A DNA stretch of 63,554 nt, the filler included, from Hausera hauseri (taxonomy: Eukaryota), in the NCBI GenBank assembly GCA_046269625.1. It is 13 parts of 13 records of this genome, joined end to end, with 100 filler letters (N's around TTAATTAATTAA, not from the genome) between each part and the next. Parts side by side here need not be neighbours in the genome. Positions count along the whole stretch, not along the records: positions 24,158 to 31,052 come from JBJURY010053885.1; positions 31,153 to 35,392 come from JBJURY010681662.1; positions 35,493 to 40,959 come from JBJURY010248293.1; 10 more parts are not named here. One strand, 5' to 3'. The notes under the pieces are model-generated. The model had not been told where the DNA came from. It worked only from the letters and a program-made list of their open reading frames with translations, and made no database searches. The position numbers and the translations under genes were made by a program. Numbering within the stretch: position 1 is the stretch's first letter; each line of letters begins with the position of its first letter. Of the stretch, positions 26,010 through 38,384 are shown one piece after another.

Positions 26010-26390
26010 CATCATGATAATAATCATCATCAGGTGCCATGCTGCGAAGCATAGGCCATCTTGGATCTCCATTTCTCGCGATTCTTGGTATCCCCAATCA
26101 TCTCTGCTATTGACCTACTTCCGAGCCATTCTTGCAAACAATCCAGACACTTCATTTTCTGTCATCCACTACTTCTATTTCCTGGTATTTTGCCTGTATT
26201 GACCATGTTCTCTTCTTAAAATACGGCCAATCATAGTTGTTTGTCTCTTTCTGATCTTACTGATAAGCGTTCTTTCTGTGTCTGCTTTTTGTAAAACATC
26301 TCCATTTGTTCCCTCTGCTGTCCAAGGGATTTTCAACATTCTTCTGAGAAACCACATGTCTGTTGCTTTTAAAGAATTTTCCAATTTTTA
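26010..26390 (-). mobile_element. RTE-clade LINE 3' fragment with (TGA)n tail
   Basis: MWFLRRMLKIPWT...IRKRQ...GRILRRE; NREKWRSKMAYASQHGT* then tgatgatgatt repeats. Confidence 0.85.
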
Positions 26391-27665
26391 ACTCAATGTC
26401 CAAGATTCGCAGCCATACATTAGTATTGTTCAGTGTTTCTACACACTTTTTCAGGCATTGCACCCCCTGCCCCACCCCCTTTTTACAGACTTTTGCCCAT
26501 CCCCAACAACCACTTCCAAATGATTGTACAGTATCATTTATTTTCTATATTCATACACGCCCATGCTAATTTACTTACAAAGTATAAACAGGAGGAAATG
26601 AAGATATAATTCAGAAGAAATTGTGTAATTTTATTTATTAACAATCAATCAAGAAACAAACAAAAAAAAGAAGAAATTTTAATGCTGACATTAATGTAAA
26701 TGATGTTCCCTGTAGCCCCCGGACCCTTTCCATTCCCCTGAAAGATTTAATTCCACACTTTGGGCAAAATGCTGTTTTATATGTTTTTAAACGGAGACTC
26801 CATAAATGGATTGTTTACATTAAACCGGCGTAGAACTAAATGACAGCACCACAAAATAAAAAAACAAGTGTGGAGATATATAAAAAGTGCAGGTTACATA
26901 AGTGCGCAAGAGGAAATAAACATCAGTTCGAAGTTGAACATAGATTTGAAAATAAATAATAGAGTTCTTGATGTTGGATCACTTAATTGTCTAAATCTTG
27001 TTTCCACTTTGAACTATCCATGTGTTCAGCATGTTTGCATCATTCTGTACGCAAATCTTTTCAGGAATTCTAAGGATGTTATTAAACATCCCTAGAATTC
27101 CTCAAAAGATGTTTTTTTCTGTCTAGCTATCAACATGTGAAATAAAACCAAGTTATTGACTTTCTTTTAGTGTCAGACACAAGTGTTCACAATGAGGATG
27201 GAAGCTGTAATAGCATGGTGGTTGGTTCAATTCCCAGGAGTGGCTGGTTGAATTTTCTTTTCTTTTTTTTTTTTAATGGGGGACCAACTACAGAGTTCAC
27301 CAAATCTAAACAAATTTGGTACCAGAGAAACTCTCTGGGAAAGTTAAAACAGCTTAAGATTACACTTACAAGCAAAAATGAGGCCACTATCTCCATGTTT
27401 CCCAGTACACCCTTAGGCATGAACAGATAACTCTCAACCCTGCCATAATGATGATGTAATTTAGTAAAGGGCACATGGTAACATATAGTACAATCCATCT
27501 AGGCAAACGTAAATGCAAAATTCTATAAAATGACAAAAATGTTCCAAGAAGTGACCATCAGTGAGGTGTAAGGTCCCTTTCGGTTGGTCTACTGAGACAA
27601 AAGTTGATGGCATGATATAATAAACAAACTGACCTTCTGTTATCACTAAGAATCTCACACAGCAA

Positions 27666-27870
27666 GATGAAGGCAACAGCTGATTAAAAAGGCTAAGGAT
27701 GTTGAAAACAATACTGCACTGCAGGAAACAGCTAATTAGATAGCCTAAGGTATCCTTAAAAATACTGCAAAGGAGGATGAAGGCAACTGGCTAATTACCT
27801 GTAGGATAATCCCAACAATATGGCACAGTAAGATTAAGGCAACAGCAAACTAGATAGAATAAGGATATCC
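27666..27870 (+). repeat. Degenerate minisatellite, ~4 units of ~50-60 bp
   Basis: Recurring (gatg)aaggcaacagcta/g..tta...aaggat...aatactgca. Confidence 0.6.
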
Positions 27871-28759
27871 CTAGCTGCAGTTACATGCTTGTTTTATTGT
27901 TATTTCCACATTATACTATTTGGTCATCATAATTATTTCTTGGATAGAGACTGGCAAAGTAGTCATTGCCTGTCATGTCTTGTGGTGTCCTATATGACAG
28001 CAGAAAATGGCTTTCATTTGCCTTGATCCCTAGCCTGTGTTTATATTGTGCTTAAGCTGTGTTGCATAATGTTCATCTCTGCTTTAGTTGTTATCTGGTA
28101 TCCTGTGATGCACGCAAGATCTATTCTGTTGTTTTTGTTAGTCAATGTTCCTGTCAGTGAACTTCTTCTGTTACCAGGACACCTTGTGGGGAAGTGCTGA
28201 GGAGTATTGACCAGTGAGTTAATCTTAGTGGAGTGATCTCAATCTCGACATCCTAAAATCTCTTCTAAGCTCATATCCAGTTTACTCACGTCGCCATTTT
28301 CTTATTGTGTGTATATCAGGAACCAAGAGTTCCTGGTTTTTAAAACTTTCACTGCTACTCTCTGATATAACAGTGGTCAAGTCATGTAAGCTTTTAGATG
28401 TGAATTGAAGCATTGCAGTATCAGCCAATTATCCATTTCCTGCTGGCAGATAGCAGTATGGACACTTAAAATTTCAGATCTAGACATGGTGTTGTTCCAG
28501 CCTGTGCCTTGTATAAGAAAAGGTGATGTACCCATTTCTTAATAAAGATGTATAATGTATTTCAATGGTTTCAATACAGCAGCATGATAGAAGACAATAT
28601 ACTCACATCTTGCCTTTCTTTCTTTCGAACGCTATGATGTCTACACTAATAATCTTGTCCTTTTTATGTAGGATGAGATTTGAAGCAGATCCTCAATATT
28701 TCCCCGGAGTTTTGTATGTGACTGTGTTTCTGTCGTCCAGTGCTCATGCTTTTGGTTGA

Positions 28760-29400
28760 ACAGAGGGAATTGCTGCAGAATGTGCTCAGTTGTTTCCCAA
28801 ACCATGCGGACATTTAGCTTGTAACACCAGTTTTAGTCTGTGCATGTAGTGATTTAAGTGGATGTGGCCAATTCGGAGTCGAAACGGAGTCACCTTGTCT
28901 GCTGATTCAAGAAGGATGCTGAGATTGAGTTCACTCTACCAAGTTATTTCACAGGTCGTCTCTTGCCTAAGGCGTTTCCCTCATTGCTTTAATAAGGGTT
29001 CTCATTTCAATGTAGCTGACCATAGATTCTGTTTGCTCTGATTTTGCTAGACTATCTGCCTTCTCGTTTCCGAGTATGCCATGGTGTGATGGAATCCACT
29101 GGAGTACAGTGCTTCTGCTGTCACTGACCTTGAGTAAGACCTTACTGAACTCTAGCAGTATATCACTTTCAAGAACTTGTAGAACTGAAAGTACATCAGT
29201 GAAGAATACTACCTGCTGGCACGTGTTCATTGATCGGTTAATTATTTCATATGCTTTCGGAAGGGCTTGTACTTCAGCAGTGTAGTTGGAAACATCTTGT
29301 ATCAAGGAGCCCGACTGCTTTTTCCTCCCCTGGCAAGCGTTTCCTTTTATGTAGCACATGGACTTTTGTGGTTGGAGAAATGAAACATGTTGCTGACACG
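28760..29400 (-). mobile_element. RNase H-containing LINE (I-group) 3' fragment
   Basis: SNYTAEVQAL, VVFFTDVLSVLQ, LQWIPSHHGILGNEKADSLAK, then RLRIGHIHL and a C-x-C...H zinc knuckle. Confidence 0.85.
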
Positions 29401-29660
29401 AGCTTCATATGGAGACCAGAAACAAATTTAACAAACACAAAACTGGAACTATCAGTTGCTGTATACAGGTGGATATGCTGAGGATAAGACTGTAGCATTT
29501 ATATTTGTATTTAACTGACGTACCTATTTTTAAAATGTGCTTCTTTAGATTTACTTCATCCAAGTTTTCTTTGTAATAGATTTTAACAATTAAATTATTG
29601 TTTAGGAAGCTAATTTTCTTGTATAATTTTATCAAATTAAATTTTATTTTCTGTCTTCAG

Positions 29661-30627
29661 TGCTGAATTGTTACCCAATGCACCAGAGGTAACGAAAGAG
29701 GCAAACTCTGTTCCTGATACAGATTGCGAGAATGTAGTTGCATCAATAAAACATCTGCACCTCCAGACACCTGGAGTTACCAAACAAAAGAAAAACAGAG
29801 TATATACTCCTAAAAAAAGAAATACATCAAACAGTCTCAACCTGGCAGTGGCAGCTTGTGGCTTTCCACGACCAATTGTGTGGCCAGCACGTCTCAGCAC
29901 AAACAGTGAAAAGGGTAGTTCTAATTTTCTGCGTCCATCTCGTTTGTCTGTGGATACAAAGAATGCCTTGGACAAAGAAACGGAATCTAATGTTAGCTCA
30001 TCCGACATTAAAAATGAGTCTCAGAAGCAAGACAGTGCGATATTTGGTAGTGTGACTTCAACTGATTATTCAGATTTATCGTTTTCTAGTCTGTGTAAAC
30101 AATCCGCTCTGAAACACAAGAATGATGATAATGAACAAGATGGCGCTTGCTGCTCAGTGTCTTCACACCAGGCAGCAGCTGGCCTTGTGACATCTTTGTG
30201 CAAGCGCCAGTGCACCAGTGATGCTCCTCCATCTAAATTTGCAAGAACATTTACCGAAGATGATGAATCCAGTACATGGCAGACTATATTCCGTGATTAC
30301 AGACTTCCTGGTCCCTCTCGTGACTGCAGTGACATTCCTGCTCGTAAGTCACTCGTTCTAGGTAGAATAACAAAGCATACAACGAATATGAATCAGCACA
30401 CAGACCAGATGGCAGCATCTTCACCATCAAGCCTTGAAACTTTGTCAACACTTAGATCATCTCTGACTAACTGTGGCCAGTCTGCGTCTCAGGGCAATTT
30501 ACATGAGGCACGTTCCCATGAACCACAAATGGATGACACAAATGTGAATGAACTGGCAAGCTACTTTGAGGATCTGATTCACATACCTCGCAAAATGTCC
30601 TCTATGGCAGAAATGATGTATGCATAA
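29661..30627 (+). CDS. OSER1: Oxidative stress-responsive serine-rich protein 1, terminal exon
   Basis: C-terminus DDTNVNELASYFEDLIHIPRKMSSMAEMMYA* is the OSER1 signature; Ser-rich; acceptor ttttctgtcttcag ends at 29660. Confidence 0.85.
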
Positions 30628-31579
30628 TATTGCTGTGGTGTAGTTCAAGCTTGTAACAGTCCCACTACAGAATATTACTTTACCTCCATTTGCATTTTGG
30701 TTGCTGAATGTTCTACTGAAAATGTATGTTGTTCATCTTATAGACATAAATTTAAGAATGGTCAGGAATTTGCAGAAATAATTTCTGTGGTTGTATACTT
30801 ATCATTTAATTGACATTCAAATGTACGACCGAGTTTGTCTTTTGGATTGCTGTGGGTATATAGTACTGCCTGTGCATTGCTGAAAGTTAGAATTTAAATG
30901 TTATTTTTATATTTACTATATTTATATATAGTTTTTATATTTTCTTGTTGATCAGCTTTTCCTACAAAGTATATAAACTTTAGTGAAGTGTTCGTAAGTT
31001 CCCAACAGTATAATTGTGAAATAGTATTTTTTGACTCGTAATCAGTATTTCTNNNNNNNNNNNNNNNNNNNNNNNNNNNNNNNNNNNNNNNNNNNNTTAA
31101 TTAATTAANNNNNNNNNNNNNNNNNNNNNNNNNNNNNNNNNNNNNNNNNNNNTGTCATATTGGGATACTTGTACAGGATGCCACTGACGAAAATTAAGAT
31201 GATTTAGAATAGAATTTATACCGGTGAATTTTGGATGCATCAATAGACCCGGAAAACGATATGTAGCACACCATGATGATCATAATTATAGGGGGATTTA
31301 GTAATTCCAAATGCATACAATTCTGACTCAGCAGTTAGCATAACAAATTTGCAAAATAGTTTTATTATTATTAACACTGGTTTAACAATCAAATAATCAA
31401 TTGACTTTTAATTTTAAAACTCAATTTTGAACTTTTTGCCAACCTTGCTATGAGCATATTTTTAAAACAAAAATCCATCTTAGGTCGGCAGAATTCGGTA
31501 ATTGCACTGAAACCCCCGGTAACTGTCCAAAAACACAAACAAACACAAATATGAAACTAAAACAAAAATATTGGCCACC

Positions 31580-32097
31580 AAAGCATTTCATTTGAGAATG
31601 TGATAAACAAATACACTTTTCGTTTATTTCGACGACTGTAGAATGGGGTTTCGATATTTTCAATCTCTCCAAATTGATTAAAATATTCCTTAATTTGAGA
31701 CTCAGACATATTTGAATCTAACCCACCAACAAATATCTTTTCTGTGGTTCTCTACTTGGTTTGGCTCCTTTTGGGTCAATTTTTTCTTGTTTCGTACATG
31801 TTCTTTCTTTTCCAAAACTTTATTAACGCTTTCTTCTGCATCAAACATAACAAAACCAAAACCACGAGACTGGTTGGTATAATGATCAAATTTAATAATG
31901 AAAGACCTAACATTGTCAAATTCGCTAAAGTAACGCTTCAAGTCATCTTAACTCATTTCCCAACTTAAACCTCCGACAAATACTTTCAGGAAATCATCGG
32001 CAAGATTGCCGTTAATACTTATTTCACTGTCACCATCCGGTTTACAATTAATGATATTTTCATCGGCAGTAGAATTATAAATGTTATTACCACTCAT
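31580..32097 (-). pseudogene. hnRNP A/B-D / squid-like two-RRM gene, intronless, disrupted
   Basis: KVFVGGLSW, SRGFGFVMF, DPKGAKP, IFVGGLDS..IKEYFNQFGEIE; in-frame TAA and frameshifts. Confidence 0.88.
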
Positions 32098-32099
32098 AT

Positions 32100-32290
32100 T
32101 CTGTTCATATTGTCATACATAACCATGAGACGGCATTTCTGTGAAAACAGCCAATTGACAATGTCTCCAAGAGACGTAAACGAATCCCGGTAAGACGGCG
32201 CCATCGTGACTAATCCATCGTACTTGGCCGTGCCCGGCCAAAATGGACCAAAGGGCAAAATGAACGGTGTGCACCACATCATCCCCCCAT
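32100..32290 (-). mobile_element. PPT and start of 3' LTR of Gypsy family A copy 2
   Basis: GGGGGGATGA then TGTGGTGCACAC..GCCCTTTGG..TTTTGG..GGGCACG from 32278, homologous to the LTR at 48845; distal end not defined. Confidence 0.7.
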
Positions 32291-32353
32291 GGATGAGTTG
32301 AAAATGATAGGGATGAAATAAACGAATATCACGAAGTAAACGGTGTGATTTGC

Positions 32354-35300
32354 CTATTCGGTTTTAGTATGAACCAGGCGTTGTATACCTTCGATGTTTT
32401 TCTCCTTACTGTACTTTGTGAAAGTGACAGTTTTGCGATATGTTTTTGCTTTTGTCTCTGTTTGCTGAAATGCTTGGGGAGAAACGATGTTACATTTTGT
32501 CGCGTTGAGTGTAGTGTCCTGCTGAGGTAAAGCAGAAGAGAGAAAGGAAGTAAATGAAGGTGAATAATTGAAATTGTCGAAGGGAGTTTCCAAAGATAAG
32601 AAAATGGGACAGAGAAGTAGTAACAGGTGAAGGAGTGAGAGGAGAAAGTGGAGTATGGATAGGGATAGGAATAGGAAGTGGAATAGATGCGGGAACAGAA
32701 ATAGGAACAGAAGATGAAGTAGGAGTAGAGGCAGGAGCAGAAATAGAAGGAAATGCAGGAGTGAGAAAATATATCGAAGTTTCTGTTGGGGAGGTATCGT
32801 CTGCAAGAAAGGCAGGTTTTACTTTATATGGACTGCTAGTTCCTTGTCGTCTTTAAGAATGAGAGCGTTATGAGAATGTAGTTGAATTAGCTTATAGGGC
32901 CCTAGATGCTGCGGTTGAAAACCACACGGCGTTTGATTCCGTAGCCAAATAAACCTTGCAGAATATAAATTGTCGGGTAAATACATTTTACTGTTGTGTA
33001 GTATTATATAGAACGAGTCTTTACTGACTGCGACAAAATGGTCCTGTGCTGCTTTAATCGTTTCGTCTGTAGGCGTATTATCTAAGGCGGTTAGTTCAAA
33101 CAAAGAACGAACAGACGTTCGAAATAAGGCTTCAGTAGGTGAGCATCCTGTGGAAGTGGACAGAGTGTTCCGCCAGCCAATCAGAACCAAAGGAAGAAGA
33201 GCTTTCCAACTACTGTTGGATTCAGTGAGAATTTTTAACGACATTTTTAGGGTTCTGTGGAAGCTCTCAATAAGACCATTCGATTGGGGACAATAAGGTG
33301 TAGTGTGTATATGACTGATCCCCAATAGACTAACGAGTGATTTGAACAGGTTAAATTCGAATTGGGTGCCTTGGTCCAAAATGATAAATTTAGGAAATCC
33401 AAACCTGCCGATCCAAGTGCGGATGAAAACTTAGGCTATCGTATCAGTGTTTGTGTTTCGCAGTGGGACGGCTTCTGGCCATATAGAGGAACGGTCCATC
33501 ATGGTCAAGATGAATTGATGACCATTGTCTGGAGGAAGAGGGCCAACCAGATCTATATGAACAGTCTCGAAACGCGATGTGCAAGGGAAATGACATAGTG
33601 GTGGCTTCAAATGCTTGGTGGTTTTAAATTTCTGGGAAGCCACGCACTCCTTAACCCACACATGCACATGGGAACGCATTGCATGCCAAACTACCTGTCG
33701 GTGAAGTAAGCGAAAAATGGCCTTAGCACCAGGATGGTGTAGAAAATGCACACTGTTGAAAGCCTATTTTTGCAAAGCAGGTGCTAAGATTATTTTAGAC
33801 TGTCCTGGTTTAGACGTGTCTAAGGCCACACCGTCAACGATGTTCCATGATTTAAAAGATTTAACAATGTCTTGAGGTGGCTGGTTTTCCTGAAGTTGAT
33901 TTTGAGTAAAAATGGGTTTAATATTAATTGAACTAACTGACCTAAATAAAAAGTCTTCTACTAAGTTGTTAACGCCATTAATATGTTTAAATTCGAAATT
34001 AAACGTCGACAAGTACGATATTTGTCGTTCTTGCCGAGTAGTCGGTTGTTTCATCGCCATGATATTTATGAAAGGTTTATGATCGGTTTGTATAGTGAAA
34101 CGGCGCGCAGTGAGCAAATGCGAAACGTGTTTTAAATCGAGAAATATCGCTAGTATTCCTCCGTCGAAAGTGGAGTACCTGGTTTCAGGGGGTGTTAGTT
34201 TGCGTGAAAAGAACTCCAGTGGTTGATTTTCTTCTTTATGAATCTGGTGCAGTACAGCACCTACGGCGGTAGTAGAGGCGTCTATAGTAAGAATAAGTTC
34301 AGCGTCTGTCTGAGGATATGCTAATATTTCGACTGTTTTAGGCCTTCTCGTAACTTATTAAACTTATCTAGCAGTTCCGGTGTCCATAGTATTGGCTGAT
34401 GCATTTTTCCTCCAATTAAAAGAGCAAAAGGAGTGGTTAGCTCTGAGCAATATGGGACATACTTGTGGACAAAATGTAACGTGCCTAGAAAACTCTTCAT
34501 TTCAGTGGTTTTTCGCGGTAACTGAACGTTTTTGAGGACCTCGACTCGGTCAGGCTTAGGAGAATGCCCTTCAGAAGAGATAACGTGTCCGAGGAAATTT
34601 ATACGTCGTTGAAAGAAATGACATTTTGTAAAGTTTATCTGGAGGTTGTGTTGGAGTAAACGGTGAAAGACAGATCGTAGATGATCCTCGTGCTGTTTAC
34701 TGGGTGAAGAAGCAACTAGAATGAGCATAAGGAAGATCAGAAAGTATTGCATCTATGTGACGTCGAAAGGTTTGTGCTGCATTCCTTAGACCAAAAGGCA
34801 TATATAAATATTCATAAATGCCCAGGGGTGTAGTAACGGCGGTTTTTTCGATATCTGCGGGTGCCACCGGGATTTGGTGACATGTCTTAATTAGATCAAT
34901 AGTAGAATAGATTGTGGTGGCGTTGAGACGATGTAATATGTCTTTTACCAGTGGTAAGGGATACACGTCCATTATGGTCAAAGAGTTTAGTTGTCGATAG
35001 TCACCGCACTGTCGAAACAATCCGTCCTTTTTTAAAACAACATGTAAAGGCGAAGACCAGGGTGACTTGGATCGGCGTACTATGCCGGAGCGTTCACGAT
35101 TTAGGAATTCAGTTTCAATGGCTTGTCTTCGGCGCGGAGATAATGGATATACCTTTTGGCGAATAGGTCTTTGGTGTTGTGTTACGATGTGATAGAAAGT
35201 ACAGTTTGCTGACATAAAAGACTTATCTTTCTGAATTACGCGAGCACATGACGTATTAACGTAATGTTGCAGACTTTTAGGTAATTGTGAAAGGTCGGTT

Positions 35301-35392
35301 GAAGCCCAGACAGTTTTATCATTAACAGGTAAAATGTGGAACGCACTTGGTGGATTAAGATTGAGAGATATTTGATGTAGTATGGTCGCGTT
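32354..35392 (-). mobile_element. pol: Gypsy family A copy 2: RT-RNase H-integrase with P/S/T-rich tail, disrupted
   Basis: SPWSSPLH, CGDYRQLN, MPFGLRNAAQTF, TDHKP, HPG..C, HIDLVGPLP, DQGTQFE, GPYK. Confidence 0.95.
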
Positions 35393-35821
35393 NNNNNNNN
35401 NNNNNNNNNNNNNNNNNNNNNNNNNNNNNNNNNNNNTTAATTAATTAANNNNNNNNNNNNNNNNNNNNNNNNNNNNNNNNNNNNNNNNNNNNCAAGGAAA
35501 CAAAAGAAACAAAAAGAGTATGGAAATGTAAAATGTTACTAGGCAAAACGGCAGACAGAAAGAAACCAAAAAGGCAACAAAGAGTATACGAGATAAGAAA
35601 GGAAAACAAAATAGGAAAGTAAATATAATGAGACATGAAACAGCGAAAAAACAAATTGGTAGAAAAAAATTACAAAATACGTACTGTTTTTTTTTTCTTC
35701 TTCAGTAGGACTGCTTGCAAATTGATCTGAAATTGTGGCTCTCAAGTTTGGACAGGGCGCCACTAGAACGGGTCGGAAGTCAAACATTTTATCGGCCTGA
35801 TAATATACTTCTGATGACGTA

Positions 35822-35890
35822 ATGTCGCTGAGTTTAAGCTGTCTGCCTATTAATCTGAAGGGCGCAGGTTCGAATCCACTTAGTCATGCT
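35822..35890 (+). repeat. tRNA-derived pseudogene or SINE head
   Basis: A-box-like gtcgctgagtttaagc and B-box/T-loop GGTTCGAATCC at 35867-35877; acceptor stem does not pair. Confidence 0.45.
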
Positions 35891-37224
35891 AAACAGGTTT
35901 TGTTGTATGTATATATATATAGTATATCCAATTAGTGTCTTCTAATTATAGTATTCAAGGCAACCGTACTTTCACGTTATCACTGAAGCGTAACTACCCG
36001 CTAGGAACCGACAGGTCCTGGATATGTCATTGACTTAACCTTACTTTCGTCTTCTTTGCCGCTCACTAATACATCCACATTAATTTCTTTCACAAATGGT
36101 CTACATTGTTCTATCCTTGTTTATTTTATCCTTTCTTCTGTTGCTTCGCTAAATTATTTTTTCATACTGAATAAATAAATGGATTTTCTCACAAAAAAAT
36201 TTTTAAATTTTACACTAAAAATTCGGATTTAGTATGTGCGTGATATATTTGTTATTGTGTATTAAAGATTAGTTACTGTGTATCAGTGTTATTACATAGC
36301 ATACAATCAAATCATAAAACCACACAAGCATATTAAATTCAAACTTGGTGTAAAATTACGAATCGAACGACATCTCAACTCGAAATGTATGCATGTCCAG
36401 TCCAGATTATATGCAATAAATGGAGCATATGTATATAAGTGAAATCAATCGTATATTTTCTCACTGTTATTAGTAGATAGAAGGTGTATGTTCTGTCTTA
36501 CCCCCTCCCGGAAGAGGTAATCGATAAATCAATTTTGCACATGTTCCAATCGGTAGTGCACATTGTGCCATATCCATCGGTAGTGTGCTTGGCGACGGTG
36601 CCGTTAGGCATCGTTGCTATGCACATTTTTGCACATTTCACTAATCGATATCTGCACAGTGCAGTATTGATCGAATCGATCGGGCCAAAGTGCTAGTCGA
36701 TAATGCACATTAGTGCACATCGATTTGTGCATAGTGCAGGTGTGCAAAAATCAATAATATCGGATTTCCGATATTTCCAATATTGATGATTAGTACATGG
36801 CACCAGGTGAAAAAATCGATTCTCTATGTGAATGTGCAATAAGAATTTAAATCTATCGAGTCGATTTCAAATAATATCGATCAAAAGTGCAACTGGTGAA
36901 GTTTTCCAGTTTTTAGGTCCCAAGAGTCAAAATTCGATAAATGTTTAAGCGGGAGCAGATAGGAAGTGCTACATTGTAACCTGGGTCTTCCATCCCAAAT
37001 TTCCGAAATTCGGTGCAGAATTCGAATAAATATTGATTTTCACCGAATATTATTGAATATCATGGCACCCATAATTTTTTGAGAAATCCGAGAGCGCCAG
37101 TCGATTCTCCATGTCTTAATGCATCTACATGGCACTTTTGAGATGTGTCGCACATGTCCAAGTATGCTTTAATCAATAATAACAGTTTTCCGATAAAACC
37201 TATAAAGTTGATTTTAGAACACAA

Positions 37225-37435
37225 GCAAGTAGAAATCGAAAAATGTAAAAGCGTAAAAACATAGAAACTGACATGTGCTGTATCCGATTATGACATCAGA
37301 TATTCGGAAACTCGAATAGAAGTAGAATAATTAATTTTCTATTAGAATAGAAGCAAAAATCGAAAAATCTAAAAGCGTAGAGGGATAGAAACCAATATAT
37401 GGAGAATCCGAATATGACGTCAGATATTCGAAAAG
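37225..37435 (+). repeat. Two ~124-bp tandem units in the region upstream of pPolB
   Basis: aatcgaaaaat(g/c)taaaagcgta at 37234 and 37358; ccga(t/a)tatgac(a/g)tcagatattcg at 37284 and 37408. Confidence 0.75.
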
Positions 37436-38384
37436 AGGCTTAAATAAAAAAGCCGACTTTTCGATCGAATTCGAATATTCGAATAGTACTATCGGATTCC
37501 CCATGTCCGAAAACCTTTGTAGACCAAAATTGGGTGTACAAAATATTTACAAGTGTCTCGAAATTAATGAAACATTGGAAAATTCGATAATATTCGGTCA
37601 AGCATGCATTACTGGAACAATCTGATGGCTTTAATCGATTCTCCATGCGCGAAAACATATAGGGCAATCAATATCGGCGCGGTGCAGTGGTGTACTAAAA
37701 CAAGGTTTAATAATAAGTAAAAAGTACATAAATAATACTAATTATACGGTACTTATTTTGATTGCACAATTGACGGTGAAATTAAAGGTGAAGCACACTG
37801 AAATCAATAAATCTTTAAGCGTAGACAGATAGGAATCCATATATGGTGAATCTGAATCTGGCGTTAGATATTCGAATACATTATTCAAAATCGAATAATT
37901 ATCGATTCGAACTCGAAAACTCGATAAAGAATGCATTATTCGAAGAATCTTATGACGCCATTCAATTCATCATAGTCGAAAACCTAATCGAAATTGCCGT
38001 TCAAGTGCATTTAATTTATTTGATGCATTAAAACAAATATACAAATGCAACCCGTTGACAAGACAAATGCGATACGATGGTAATATAAGTAACATAATCA
38101 CGGATTCATGCATGTGAGCAAGTTTTTATCTTGACTTTTGTTTAAATTAATCAAATTACGTGACAAGTTCATGCATTTGATGCAGTATGTTGAGAATACA
38201 AGTGCAACATGTTGACAAGAATATTCAATGACAAATTTACCCTAAAATTAAAATTTATTTTTTACTTATATGTTTATTTTGTTTTACTGCATCAATTATC
38301 CAAATTAAAATAAAAATCAATAAAAATAGACAGTGCTCGTTGACATGGCTACATATTTCATTATTTCCAAATTCACTTCCAAGA

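Noticed and set aside
32354-32856. Hydrophobic LLLFL or GIGIG ORFs as membrane proteins (also 48291-48642)
   Set aside because: Alternative frames of the low-complexity integrase tail
35822-35890. Functional tRNA gene
   Set aside because: B-box present but acceptor and anticodon stems do not form properly
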